64,000 nt of DNA from positions 108,375-172,374 of the IMG/VR virus record IMGVR_UViG_3300009540_000001. One strand, 5' to 3'. Source of the stretch: a virus. Its lineage: Duplodnaviria > Caudoviricetes. The notes beneath the pieces were generated by a model. The model ran no database searches and was not told where the DNA came from. It was given only the letters and a program-made list of their open reading frames with translations. Of the stretch, positions 28,279 through 37,316 are shown one piece after another; the first letter of the stretch is position 1, and each line of letters starts with the position of its first letter. A program made the position numbers and the translations under genes.

Positions 28279-28454
28279 GGCGTGTACTCCTCCTCGTAGG
28301 CCCACTGCACGGTGTACGTGTACACCTCGGCTTCGTCCGAGTGCCCGCCGTCGCCGTTGTACCAGCCGACGTGGCCGGGACCGATCCCAACGTGGTGCTC
28401 GGCCACACCGCCATCGCCGTTGCGCGTCGTCACCGACGCATCGCGTCGCTCCAT
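28275..28454 (-). CDS. GDG/YEE family peptide (cluster C)
   Basis: RNGDGG...YNGDGG...WAYEEE. Confidence 0.7.
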   Translation of the reverse strand: MERRDASVTTRNGDGGVAEHHVGIGPGHVGWYNGDGGHSDEAEVYTYTVQWAYEEEYTP

Positions 28455-28559
28455 AACGCACGCCGTCTTTCTGACGCGCTGCGGCGTCTTTGCTGTCGGG
28501 AAATGTAGGCAACGCGCACGGACCAAAGGGCGAGCCCGAGAGCCCGCCCTATCGGCGAA

Positions 28560-28865
28560 TCAGGCCGAGACGGACGTCGCCCCGCGCCGCCTTCGGGCCG
28601 CTTCCTTCTCGGCCCGGGTGCCGTGCTTCGGGCGCGGCCCCTGGACGGCGAAGTACGCCTTGTGGTCGCGGTTGGCGACCCGGGCAGCCTGCCGGTTCGG
28701 AACGCGCTCCTGGCGGAAGCCTTGCGCGAGCAACCGGGTCTTCTCCTCGGGGGTGATGCGGACCATCGCCGCCCGCCCATGGACGTCGCGGAAGTGCAGG
28801 ACGTTGGCGACGATGTAGGACGAGGTGGGATTGAGGGTTGGAAGCGTGGAATCGTTGGGGTTCAT
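28560..28865 (-). CDS. Small basic hypothetical protein (MNPNDS...)
   Basis: Arg-rich; diverges from the inverted-repeat region. Confidence 0.55.
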   Translation of the reverse strand: MNPNDSTLPTLNPTSSYIVANVLHFRDVHGRAAMVRITPEEKTRLLAQGFRQERVPNRQAARVANRDHKAYFAVQGPRPKHGTRAEKEAARRRRGATSVSA

Positions 28866-28931
28866 GGCCGGGGACGGTAGCGAGGTTGGGGGATGTTTGT
28901 CAAGGCTGAGGAACCGCCACAAGAACGACGA

Positions 28932-29457
28932 GAGAATTATAATTCGTCGGCTACCTCTAGGACACATTGCAAGACCCCATCCCCTCCTGCGTGTGTATGG
29001 GGAAACCGAGGGTTCGCCCCGGCAGTTTCAAGAAGGCACATCCACCTACATCCCTGAAAGACCCTCGAAGCAGACCGGACGTAAGTAGCCCTACCGAAGG
29101 AGGGAGGGCGAAGGTTCAGCGAGGAGAAGACGATAACCTACCGAAACCATTGATGAATATAGGTGGTATGTATATTGCAACGCACGCGCAATAGATAGAC
29201 ATATACATGTACGTGTACGTGTATGTATATGAAGGGCTTCGTCGCGCGCGGTCACTTTATCCTACATCTACTCCAAGGTAGGAGCATGTAGGCAAGTGTC
29301 GGTCTCGCCGCCGGCCGACGGGCCTTCGCGCGAGACCGTGTAGGGAAAGGTGCTTTTTTGAAACCGCTCCGCCGAACCCCTGGTTTCCCCGTACACACGC
29401 AGGAGGGGATGGGGTCTTGCAATGTGTCCTAGAGGCAACAGAGGGATTATAATTCTC
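28932..29457. repeat. Long inverted repeat (arms about 28932-29050 and 29338-29457) around an AT-rich spacer; candidate origin or processing site
   Basis: 44-bp perfect IR (28954-28997 / 29392-29435), then 1 mismatch and 9 more bp; GAGAATTATAAT at both outer ends. Confidence 0.85.
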
Positions 29458-29496
29458 CCCTTGCCTTTAGAACCTCGCGGCCCTAGTCTCCCGGGC

Positions 29497-30363
29497 ATGG
29501 CCCTCCCCCTGCAAGACAGTGCGATCCCCATGTCCGTCTCGATCCGCCAGAGCATTCACGCACGGCTCACCGCCGTCGTGAACCGCGAGATCGAAGCCGG
29601 AAACATCCGCGCGACGAAACTCACGCGAGCCGTCGTCGAGATCCTCGAGAACTACGTGTACGAACGCGAAGCGTCGTACAAAACCGGCACGCAAGCGCAG
29701 CTGGCCGCCGCGCAGGCTGAGTTCTTTGCGGCGAATCCGCACCTCGTGACGCTGCCTCCGGCGCCCCCGCCCCCGCCGTCCGCGTACGCCCCGCCAGGGG
29801 CGCCGCACCCGGCGTACGCCCCCGTCCCCCCGGTCTACCCCCAAACGCGCCCTGGCGTGGCGCCTGCGCAGCCCACGGCCCCTCCCGCCCGTGCCGACCA
29901 GACCAACCCCGCGAACTTGACCGATCGCCCGGAGCTGATCCTCGGCTACACCTCACGAAATGGCGGACAGTGGCCGACAATGGCGGAGATGTGGGCGCCG
30001 CTCGGGACGCCGGGGGCCGAGATGCACCAGTGGGAGCGAACGCAAGAGAATCTCGCCCGAAACTCCAGACTCGCGGCAGCGGAGGTCCAAGCGCGGAAAA
30101 TGATGTTTTCAGCGAACGTCGTGCCCCCGCAGATCAAGGACGAAGACATCGACCGCGCGATGCGCGTCGGCGCCGCCAAGCAACACCTGGGGCAGCACCT
30201 GGGGTCGCAAGGCGCGGCGCGCCCCGCCGCCGAGGAGGACGACGCCACCGAGAACGCGCGGCGCGCCGCCGCCCTCCAAGCCGAGTTCGACGCGGACCCC
30301 GCGCTCGACGCCCTCTTCCCCAAGGACGGCGTGTTCGACGGGTTCGGCAACCGGGTCGGCTGA
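29497..30363 (+). CDS. Pro-rich hypothetical protein, possible N-terminal DNA-binding domain
   Basis: Start MALPLQD after TAGTCT box; central Pro-rich linker. Confidence 0.65.
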   Translation: MALPLQDSAIPMSVSIRQSIHARLTAVVNREIEAGNIRATKLTRAVVEILENYVYEREASYKTGTQAQLAAAQAEFFAANPHLVTLPPAPPPPPSAYAPPGAPHPAYAPVPPVYPQTRPGVAPAQPTAPPARADQTNPANLTDRPELILGYTSRNGGQWPTMAEMWAPLGTPGAEMHQWERTQENLARNSRLAAAEVQARKMMFSANVVPPQIKDEDIDRAMRVGAAKQHLGQHLGSQGAARPAAEEDDATENARRAAALQAEFDADPALDALFPKDGVFDGFGNRVG

Positions 30364-30506
30364 CGAGGCCCGCGTCGCTCGCTCAAAAGGGGTTGCGGGG
30401 CTTCGCCCCGCGCACCCCGGAGCGTCGTCCGCCTTAGTGTCACGCACCGGGGGTGCGGGGGCGACGCTCGCGGCGCTCAGCGAACTCGCCTACGCTTGGC
30501 AGCATC

Positions 30507-31622
30507 ATGCCGCTCTCTTCGTTCAGCTTGCCCTTCGGCCAAGGGCTCGGCCATGCCGCGACCGAGCTCGCGCACCTCGGGCCTGCGGCGAAGACAGCGC
30601 CGGCGTTCGCCCACATGGCAGGGGGACACAACATCGCACGCGACGCGGCGACGGGGGCAGGGCACTTGAAGGCGAGGCCGCAGGCAGCAGCGCCTGCGGC
30701 TCCCCAGCGAATTCCCACGCAGATCACGCCGGCCTGGCCGCGCCCCGCGATCGACCGCAACCAGCTCGCGGCGCATCCCGACGCTGGCGAGGTCAACAGC
30801 CTCATCCCCAACTACCTCGAGACGCAGCGCCGGTTGGGGGGTGTTGAGCGCGGGTACGAGAAGCGCCTCTCGCTCACCCCGGATCAAGCCAACCGACTTG
30901 ACGCCGTAAAGCAACATAGCAAGTCCCTCGAGAACGAGCTGATGCAGCGCTCCCCCGATCCGGAGGGAACCCTGAACCAGATCGCGGTGCGGGACAAGGT
31001 CCACGTCGGACGCGACGGGCTCAGCCCCAAGGCCCGGCAAACGCTGCTGGCGCAAGCCGCAGCGCCCCGCCGCACCCCGAGCATCAACGCGCCGCCGACG
31101 TCGTTCAGCCTCGATGCGTACAAACGCCGCGCAGCGATTCACGGGGAGCACGAAGCGACGCGCAGCATCGCTGAGCTGATCGGGACGGAGACCGCGAGGA
31201 ATCTGAACATCCCCCCACCCATTATGCCCCACGTTCCTGCGGGAGCTAAAAAAGTCGGAGCCTATATGCCCACCTTCCGTAAGTACGCCAACCCCCAACC
31301 TCTGTCCGGCGTCCTTCGGCACCTGGCCGAATCCGCCCACAGCAACCCCGGCCGCGCCGACGCCATGATCGCCGGTGGCAACAAGGCCATCATTCACGGC
31401 ATCATCGGCGCGCTTCTCGGCACCGCCGGCGGCGCCATCGCCGCGCGCCCCGGGGACGAAGACCACGGCGCTTTACGCGGTGCACTCTACGGCGGCGCGA
31501 CCGGCGCCGCGCTCGGCGGGTTGACGGGGTACAACCAGGCGATGAAGACCCCGGTGAACCCGTACCGCTACAACGCTCTTCGGGCCTCGGGCGACGCCCT
31601 GCGCGGGGCGCTTGCAGCGTGA
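30507..31622 (+). CDS. Ala-rich protein with C-terminal glycine zipper (putative internal virion protein)
   Basis: GIIGALLGTAGGAI...GALYGGATGAALGG. Confidence 0.6.
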   Translation: MPLSSFSLPFGQGLGHAATELAHLGPAAKTAPAFAHMAGGHNIARDAATGAGHLKARPQAAAPAAPQRIPTQITPAWPRPAIDRNQLAAHPDAGEVNSLIPNYLETQRRLGGVERGYEKRLSLTPDQANRLDAVKQHSKSLENELMQRSPDPEGTLNQIAVRDKVHVGRDGLSPKARQTLLAQAAAPRRTPSINAPPTSFSLDAYKRRAAIHGEHEATRSIAELIGTETARNLNIPPPIMPHVPAGAKKVGAYMPTFRKYANPQPLSGVLRHLAESAHSNPGRADAMIAGGNKAIIHGIIGALLGTAGGAIAARPGDEDHGALRGALYGGATGAALGGLTGYNQAMKTPVNPYRYNALRASGDALRGALAA

Positions 31623-32950
31623 ACCGCCCACATCTTCGTGACTGCGCTCCGCGCGAGAAGCGTGCCGTTCTCGGCCTGCTTGCGCACGGGGGCATTGCTG
31701 CGGCCATGACCGCCGGCGGGCACCTGGGGACGAACCGGGCGGGGCTCGTCGCGCATCACGCGAGCAACATCGCGGAGGTCCTGGCCCACAAGGGATGGAA
31801 CACCGGGTTGCTCGAGCAGGGGCTGAACCCCGACCGCGCGCAGGCGTTGAAGGCGATGTTCGGTCCGGAGGCGCTGATCCCGTACGAGTTGGCGAACACG
31901 GCGGCCAAAAAATTGGTCGCGAAGTTTCCGAACCCCGTCGAGCGGGCCACGGCAATCCGCGAGGCGCTGCGCCAGTACCAGGAGACGGGGCTGACGAATC
32001 ACGCCCCCGGCGTCGGCCACCTCATGTCCGCCATGGAGCACGATCTCAAGGGCACGGCCCCGAAGCTCTCGGCCAAGGGACGCCTCGCGAACTGGTACTC
32101 CAAGGCCGTCGACAAGCTGACGAACCACGTACGGACCGGTTTCGAGACCCCCAGTCAGAGCGTGGGAAACGCTTTCCTCGGTGCGGCCCCCCTCGCGCCG
32201 ATGCTCGCCGCTGACGCTGCGGTGACCGGTTCTCCGCTCGGAGCGCTGGGGCACTTCGGGTGGAACGCGACGCGCAACGTCGTGGGCAACACCTCGATGG
32301 GGGAGAAGTTCGTCGCCGACCAGCTCGCGAAGGGTTTGCGCGGCGACGTGCCCGGAAAGTTTCAGACGGCGCTATTCAACTACGGCTTCTCCCCGGCCGT
32401 GCTCGAGCCGCGCATGCTCGGCAAGGCCATTCATGATCTTCCCAAGGGTCAAGAGTACATCGCGCGTGCGCGGGCGGCCCCCGGGGCGCTCGCGCAGTCC
32501 CTCCCCGCGCAATCGGCGCGCATACGCGACGCCGAGCAGCACGCAGCCTTCGAGCTCGCAGGGAAGCAGCACCAGCTGGACGACGCGCACAACGCGGTGA
32601 AAGCGCAGTACGCCAACCTGCGCGGCAAGGCCCACGAGATCGGGGTTTTGCCGGGGTCGCCCGCGTCGCGGTTGGCGGATACGGAAGACTTGGCCAGGGC
32701 CCCACTGCTCGCCAGTCAGGTCGCCACGCGCGACGCACAAGAACGACTCCGCGCCTCGGCCGGTAAGGCTCAGCAAGGCCTCGCCACCGCCGCCAACGAA
32801 GTCACCGCCTTCGGCAACTCGATGCCCGGCCGCGTGTTGAAACACACCGAGCAGGCCCTGGCGAAGGCCGAGCAAGACCACGCGAACAAGTTCAAGGTTC
32901 GTGTGCTGACGGGCCAGCCCGCAGCACACGCCCCTGACGGTTCGTTCTAG
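31619..32950 (+). CDS. Ala-rich helical protein (putative internal virion protein)
   Basis: 443 aa; coupled start; N-terminal EKRA motif. Confidence 0.6.
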   Translation: MNRPHLRDCAPREKRAVLGLLAHGGIAAAMTAGGHLGTNRAGLVAHHASNIAEVLAHKGWNTGLLEQGLNPDRAQALKAMFGPEALIPYELANTAAKKLVAKFPNPVERATAIREALRQYQETGLTNHAPGVGHLMSAMEHDLKGTAPKLSAKGRLANWYSKAVDKLTNHVRTGFETPSQSVGNAFLGAAPLAPMLAADAAVTGSPLGALGHFGWNATRNVVGNTSMGEKFVADQLAKGLRGDVPGKFQTALFNYGFSPAVLEPRMLGKAIHDLPKGQEYIARARAAPGALAQSLPAQSARIRDAEQHAAFELAGKQHQLDDAHNAVKAQYANLRGKAHEIGVLPGSPASRLADTEDLARAPLLASQVATRDAQERLRASAGKAQQGLATAANEVTAFGNSMPGRVLKHTEQALAKAEQDHANKFKVRVLTGQPAAHAPDGSF

Positions 32951-33066
32951 TTCTTCGTCTCCCAGCGACCCCAGACCCACAGGATGGCTGCGATCACGCC
33001 TGAGAGCGCCGCCATCCCAAGGATGATGAGCCCGATCACGAGTGCTCCGTCGAGTAGCGTGTTCAT
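32947..33066 (-). CDS. Small single-TM membrane peptide (39 aa)
   Basis: MNTLLDGALVIGLIILGMAALSGVIAAILWVWGRWETKN; ATGA-coupled; read manually. Confidence 0.55.
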   Translation of the reverse strand: MNTLLDGALVIGLIILGMAALSGVIAAILWVWGRWETKN

Positions 33067-33263
33067 GGTGTCTCCTCATACCTCCAACGCACGTCCATCC
33101 GCCAGGTCTGCGATTCGAGCCCCCCGTCTCCCCCCCAGCTCCCGCCGCCCGCGCCATCGCCCTTCCCCTCCTCGAGTCCGTTCGACTTGCTGCCCTCGCC
33201 GCCGGAGCCGCGCCCGTCGCCCGGGGAGATGGCGTCGTACGCGTTGGTGGGCTTCTCTTTCAT
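33063..33263 (-). CDS. GDG/YEE family peptide (cluster D)
   Basis: PGDGRG..KGDGAG..GGDGG..RWRYEET. Confidence 0.75.
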   Translation of the reverse strand: MKEKPTNAYDAISPGDGRGSGGEGSKSNGLEEGKGDGAGGGSWGGDGGLESQTWRMDVRWRYEETP

Positions 33264-33463
33264 GTCCTCTCCTGGTACGTCCGCCTCACGGAAGGCAGCC
33301 CCTCCCACGACCCGTACCCGTCGCCCGCGTCTTCCCCGCCCCACGAGTTGTCGTAGTAGATGTTGCGGAAGCCGTTGCACTCCTCCACCGTGTAGCCGCT
33401 GTCGCCGCCGTCTTCGTAGTCTTCGCCAGGGTCGTCGGCACAGGCTTGCGACTTCTGCCTCAC
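33260..33463 (-). CDS. GDG/YEE family peptide (cluster D)
   Basis: AGDGYG...TYQE. Confidence 0.7.
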   Translation of the reverse strand: MRQKSQACADDPGEDYEDGGDSGYTVEECNGFRNIYYDNSWGGEDAGDGYGSWEGLPSVRRTYQERT

Positions 33464-33684
33464 CCCGTCGCGCTCCGGTTGAACTTCCCCATCGCCTCCA
33501 CGAGCTCGGGGTCCACGCCCAGGCGCTTCACGATCTCCCGCGCCTCTTCGCGCGAGACGGTGTCGTGCGCCACCCACGCCTCCCACGCCTCGGTGATCTG
33601 ACCCCGGTGCTTTACGCCGTGAAGAAGCTGAAGCTGCCCGATGCGCCGCTTCAAGTCGTTGAATTCCTTAACGTATTCGCTCAT
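33460..33684 (-). CDS. Small helical hypothetical protein
   Basis: 74 aa; coupled within array. Confidence 0.6.
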   Translation of the reverse strand: MSEYVKEFNDLKRRIGQLQLLHGVKHRGQITEAWEAWVAHDTVSREEAREIVKRLGVDPELVEAMGKFNRSATG

Positions 33685-33845
33685 GTCTCCTCGTACTCCT
33701 CTCGTAGCGCTCTGGCCGAGAGCGCGGGGAACCCCCAGCCATCGCCAGTCTGGTCGTCCCCGTCCGGCTCGTAGCCCCAGGCGTAGTACTCGTTGTTCTC
33801 GCCGCAGGCGAGCTCAACATCGTAGGGGTTGAAGTTACGTCGCAC
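33681..33845 (-). CDS. GDG/YEE family peptide (cluster D), 54 aa, absent from ORF track
   Basis: VRRNFNPY...DGDDQTGDGWG...EEYEET; read manually. Confidence 0.7.
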   Translation of the reverse strand: MRRNFNPYDVELACGENNEYYAWGYEPDGDDQTGDGWGFPALSARALREEYEET

Positions 33846-34014
33846 GCGTGTCCTCTGTGTACTCGTACTCGAGGTCCCGCTCGCCTACCGGCCCGCCCTT
33901 GTAGTTCTCGCCACCCCCGCACCCGTCGCCGGGCCCGTCTCCGAAGTGCCCATTCACAACGCCGACGCCGTCGCCGCCTCGGTAGTTGAAGAGGTTGTCG
34001 GAGGTGTGTCTCAT
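33835..34014 (-). CDS. GDG/YEE family peptide (cluster D)
   Basis: MRHT...GGDG..FGDGPGDGCG...YTED. Confidence 0.75.
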   Translation of the reverse strand: MRHTSDNLFNYRGGDGVGVVNGHFGDGPGDGCGGGENYKGGPVGERDLEYEYTEDTRAT

Positions 34015-34283
34015 TCGCTCTCTTTCTCCTCTGTGTACTCCCACGTCACGAGCGACACCTTCTCGTTCGGGCTGTACACGCCCGCGTCGCCGTCGGAAGT
34101 GTCGTACCCGCCGTATCCGATGCCGCCGCCGTCCCCGGAGATCTTGAAGGTGCGGTTGAGGCTGACGTTGAGGATGCCGCCCCCGCCTGTGTTGACCCGT
34201 GCGTTTTCGTACTCGTACGTCCAGGTATACGCCAGGTGAAAGCCGTTGCCGAAGCCGTCGGCGCCCCAAGGTCGGCGCCTCAT
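34011..34283 (-). CDS. GDG/YEE family peptide (cluster D)
   Basis: GADGFGNG...SGDGGG...YTEE. Confidence 0.7.
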   Translation of the reverse strand: MRRRPWGADGFGNGFHLAYTWTYEYENARVNTGGGGILNVSLNRTFKISGDGGGIGYGGYDTSDGDAGVYSPNEKVSLVTWEYTEEKESE

Positions 34284-34319
34284 CCCTCGTAGATCTCCTG
34301 CACCCGCTCGCACATCACC

Positions 34320-34790
34320 TCAAGCGCCCCTCCGCGTCCCCTTCGGCGGTCTCCGGAAGATCAAGAACCCTCCCGAAGACCCGACGAGCACCCAGTCGTA
34401 CTCCGACACGTAGTTGAGCAACTCGATGCGCACGTCGGCGTACTCCTCGTCGGGCAGCTGCGCGTAGAGCCAGCCGTGGGACTTCGCAGCGTCGTACTGC
34501 GACGCCAGCGCAGCCTGCGCCGCGCGCAGCCTGGGCTTGATCGACGTCGAGCGCGCGTCGACGGTCAGGTCGATGCGCAGATACGACCCGCAGCGATTGA
34601 GCGCTTGCACGTAGGATTCGAGCTCGAGGGCGCTCGCGTCTTGCGCAGTCGTACGGTCGATGCGGAACTCGTTCACGAGCTGCGAGAGCGCGTTCCGAAT
34701 CCGGTAGTTGTCTCCGTGCACCTCGAGCCGGTAGTCCGGATCGTCGGTGCTAGTGATGCGTGCAATGTACTGGATGCTGTTGTTGTTCAT
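34320..34790 (-). CDS. Hypothetical protein
   Basis: 156 aa; coupled. Confidence 0.6.
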   Translation of the reverse strand: MNNNSIQYIARITSTDDPDYRLEVHGDNYRIRNALSQLVNEFRIDRTTAQDASALELESYVQALNRCGSYLRIDLTVDARSTSIKPRLRAAQAALASQYDAAKSHGWLYAQLPDEEYADVRIELLNYVSEYDWVLVGSSGGFLIFRRPPKGTRRGA

Positions 34791-34981
34791 TTTACTTCTG
34801 ACTCCTCTTCCTCTTCCTCGTCGTACAGGATTCTCGCGTAGTCATCCGACCCGTCGCCGCCCTGGACCCCGGACCCCCCATCCCCCCACCCATCCCCGTA
34901 CGGATTCGCGTAAGAGATGACCGGCGACCACCCATCCCCGAACCGATCTACGCCTTCGCCGCGTTTGTACATGGCGCACAC
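34787..34981 (-). CDS. GDG/YEE family peptide (cluster D)
   Basis: FGDGW..YGDGWGDGG..GGDG..YDEEE. Confidence 0.75.
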   Translation of the reverse strand: MCAMYKRGEGVDRFGDGWSPVISYANPYGDGWGDGGSGVQGGDGSDDYARILYDEEEEEESEVK

Positions 34982-34985
34982 ACCT

Positions 34986-35207
34986 TCACCACGCCCAGCC
35001 CTCTTCGTACTGCATCTTCACGCGGTGGTAGGACACGCTGTCCCCGTTCTCCCCGAACGTCCGCGTCTGTCCCTCGCACGCGTAGTCCGAAGGATTCGCA
35101 CCGCCGTCGCCGGCATACCTGGTGCGCCACCCCGCTTCGGCGGCCTCCGGCATGCTGCCTCCATCCCCCCACTGGCGAACGCTGTTCTCGACTCTCGAGT
35201 GCCTCAT
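34986..35207 (-). CDS. GDG/YEE family peptide (cluster D)
   Basis: WGDGG..AGDGG...QYEEG. Confidence 0.75.
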   Translation of the reverse strand: MRHSRVENSVRQWGDGGSMPEAAEAGWRTRYAGDGGANPSDYACEGQTRTFGENGDSVSYHRVKMQYEEGWAW

Positions 35208-35374
35208 GTGTCCTCGTCATACTCGTACCTCGGCACGCGCTCGTAGTTGTCCCCGTAGCCATCCCCGACTTTCCCGTCCCCCGTGCCGCCCCCGAGGCCG
35301 TTTACGAAGTGCCACTGTCCGAGCTCGGTGGGCTCGAGATACTGGCGGCCCTCCCAGTACATCTTCGTCTTCAT
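35204..35374 (-). CDS. GDG/YEE family peptide (cluster D)
   Basis: TGDGKVGDGYGD...YDED. Confidence 0.75.
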   Translation of the reverse strand: MKTKMYWEGRQYLEPTELGQWHFVNGLGGGTGDGKVGDGYGDNYERVPRYEYDEDT

Positions 35375-35580
35375 GTCTGATACTCCTCGCGCACGTCCTC
35401 GTCGTCCCCGTCGCCGTCCCCGTACCCAGGGCCGTCTCCGAACGCGGGCCCGAGAATGCCGTCGCCGTACGCCGTAAAGCTCCACCAAGGGTCGAGGCCT
35501 GTGCCGTCGCCGGGGGCGACGTATGAGCCGTACTCGTTGAGATATTGGACTTCGTCGAGGATGAGGCGAACAACGCTCAC
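35371..35580 (-). CDS. GDG family peptide (cluster D)
   Basis: APGDGTG..YGDG..FGDGPGYGDGDGD..EEY. Confidence 0.75.
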   Translation of the reverse strand: MSVVRLILDEVQYLNEYGSYVAPGDGTGLDPWWSFTAYGDGILGPAFGDGPGYGDGDGDDEDVREEYQT

Positions 35581-35759
35581 GTCACACCTTCTGCTTCCTC
35601 ATACCCCCCAAGAAACGCCCCACCATCCCCGCTCCACTTCGCGAGGTGCATCTCTTCCCGCGCCCACCCATCCCCGCGAAGATCCCCCGTGTAGCTGTCG
35701 CCCCAGCCGTCGCCGGGGTCGGAGGGCCAGGTCCGGTAGACGTCCGGCGTATGTCTCAT
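35577..35759 (-). CDS. GDG/YEE family peptide (cluster D)
   Basis: PGDGWGD..RGDGW..SGDGG..YEEA. Confidence 0.75.
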   Translation of the reverse strand: MRHTPDVYRTWPSDPGDGWGDSYTGDLRGDGWAREEMHLAKWSGDGGAFLGGYEEAEGVT

Positions 35760-35956
35760 TCGACCTCCTCCTCGTACGCCCAAGGCTGCCCCATACCGTC
35801 CGCCCCGAACGCCTCGTCCCTGCGGACGAAGACGCCGCGCGGGTCGAGCATGAAGTAGTGGTCCCCGTCGCCGTACGTGTTCCCGTGCGGCGATTGCCCC
35901 CACCCGTCGCCGTAGCGTATCCGCCCGTCGAAGTAGTTCCGGGGCATGCGCTTCAC
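35756..35956 (-). CDS. GDG/YEE family peptide (cluster D)
   Basis: YGDGWG..YGDGD..GADG..WAYEEE. Confidence 0.75.
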   Translation of the reverse strand: MKRMPRNYFDGRIRYGDGWGQSPHGNTYGDGDHYFMLDPRGVFVRRDEAFGADGMGQPWAYEEEVE

Positions 35957-36156
35957 GCGTCTCTCCACTCCTGCGAGTACCGCAGCGTCATGACGCTGTA
36001 GTCGCTGCCACCGCGACAGCGCCCGAGCGTCTCCGGGTCATACCCGCTGCCGCCCATGAACGCGTACTGCGTATCCCCGTAGCCGTCCCCCGGGGCGCCG
36101 CCGAGGTCGAGCTCCAGGTCCTCCTGGTAGCTCTCTGCGCACTCTTGGTAGCTCAC
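35953..36156 (-). CDS. GDG family peptide (cluster D)
   Basis: APGDGYGD...RYSQE. Confidence 0.7.
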   Translation of the reverse strand: MSYQECAESYQEDLELDLGGAPGDGYGDTQYAFMGGSGYDPETLGRCRGGSDYSVMTLRYSQEWRDA

Positions 36157-36341
36157 TCCCCGACCTCCTCGTACCAAACCCTCACGTCTTCTTCCCAGGA
36201 CCTGCGCTGCCCTCGCCCATCACCCCCGGAGCCGAGCTTCGCGTTCCCGTACCCATCCCCGGGGGCGTACTGCGGGGAGTAGTACCCATGCGGCAGAAAG
36301 TTGTCTCCTGTGTACGAGACGTTCCCTTGTACCCGCTTCAC
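36153..36341 (-). CDS. GDG/YEE family peptide (cluster D)
   Basis: APGDGYG..GGDGRG..WYEE. Confidence 0.75.
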   Translation of the reverse strand: MKRVQGNVSYTGDNFLPHGYYSPQYAPGDGYGNAKLGSGGDGRGQRRSWEEDVRVWYEEVGE

Positions 36342-36514
36342 TCCTCCTCCTCATACCTGCGTTGCAGCGTCACGCACGCCTCCTGCTGCGGCTCCCACGG
36401 GAGGGAGTCCTGCGTCACGCCATACCCCTCTCCATCGCCGGCCCAGTGGCCCCAGCGCATCGGCGCGCCGAACCCGTACCCCCGGTACCCCATGTTGTTC
36501 GGGCGCTCTCTCAC
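36338..36514 (-). CDS. GDG/YEE family peptide (cluster D)
   Basis: AGDGEGYG...QRRYEEEE. Confidence 0.75.
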   Translation of the reverse strand: MRERPNNMGYRGYGFGAPMRWGHWAGDGEGYGVTQDSLPWEPQQEACVTLQRRYEEEE

Positions 36515-36711
36515 CGCCACTCCGTGTCGGCATACCGTTCGATCGCGTCGTTGAAGTTATCCCCCACCGGGAAGTTCCCCAGCACGCCTTCCCCGTCCCC
36601 GTCCATCCAGCCGTTAGGGCCGTCGCCGCCCCCGTCGCCGCTGCTGAATCCTTCGTGACCGAGGCCGTACCCGCCTCCGTCCGCGAGGGAGTTCCATGCG
36701 CGATGTCTCAC
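36511..36711 (-). CDS. GDG family peptide (cluster D)
   Basis: SGDGGGDG..DGDGEG..RYAD. Confidence 0.75.
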   Translation of the reverse strand: MRHRAWNSLADGGGYGLGHEGFSSGDGGGDGPNGWMDGDGEGVLGNFPVGDNFNDAIERYADTEWR

Positions 36712-36869
36712 GTGAAAGTCTCCCCGTACACCCACGCCAAGTCGACGTCTTCGTACTCCTCTTGAATGTCCAAGAACGCATCCAGCATCGCGCCGTCCCC
36801 CAGGTACCCTCGGCCCCCATCCCCCCACCCGTCGCCCCCGACCAAGGCGTTGCTCGCGCCGTCTTTCAT
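36708..36869 (-). CDS. GDG/YEE family peptide (cluster D)
   Basis: GGDGWGDGG..LGDG..EYED. Confidence 0.7.
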   Translation of the reverse strand: MKDGASNALVGGDGWGDGGRGYLGDGAMLDAFLDIQEEYEDVDLAWVYGETFT

Positions 36870-36883
36870 CTCTGTCTTCCCCT

Positions 36884-37087
36884 TCAGCGCCCGAGCCCGC
36901 TGTTGCCGCCGTACCTTCCATAGACGTCGATGAAGTAGCCCCCGCTGATCCACGCAGGCTCGCCGGGGCCGTTGCCGTCGGCGTAGCCGAGGGGGTTGAG
37001 CCCGTCACCACTCAGGCTCACGCGCCGCTCAGTACCCCGGCGCTCATCCCCGCGATCGAACGGAACGTCGTAGTTGCTGTCTGGCAT
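36884..37087 (-). CDS. GDG family peptide (cluster D)
   Basis: SGDGL..ADGNGPG. Confidence 0.65.
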   Translation of the reverse strand: MPDSNYDVPFDRGDERRGTERRVSLSGDGLNPLGYADGNGPGEPAWISGGYFIDVYGRYGGNSGLGR

Positions 37088-37106
37088 CTTTTACCTCGTA
37101 AAGGCC

Positions 37107-37316
37107 TCACGGCGCCGCTTGATAGTCCGTCCTCATCCAGTCGTAGACGAAGCTGTCCCCCGTCCCACTTCCGACCGGACCGTCTGCGAAGCCGTCTGCA
37201 CCCAGGCCTCCGCGCTGCCGCAGGGTGTCATTGAAGTACGTCCCGTAGGGCCCGCAGCCCGCGCCATCGCCCGAGGCCTGCAACGTCCCTGGAGCCTGCA
37301 CGCCTGTTTCTTTCAT
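37107..37316 (-). CDS. GDG family peptide (cluster D)
   Basis: SGDGAG..GADGFADG..TGD..DYQ. Confidence 0.7.
   Translation of the reverse strand: MKETGVQAPGTLQASGDGAGCGPYGTYFNDTLRQRGGLGADGFADGPVGSGTGDSFVYDWMRTDYQAAP

Noticed and set aside
28825-29555. Two ORFs sharing LPLGHIARPHPLLRVYGET as duplicated genes
   Set aside because: The identity is a by-product of the DNA inverted repeat; no translation signals support them.
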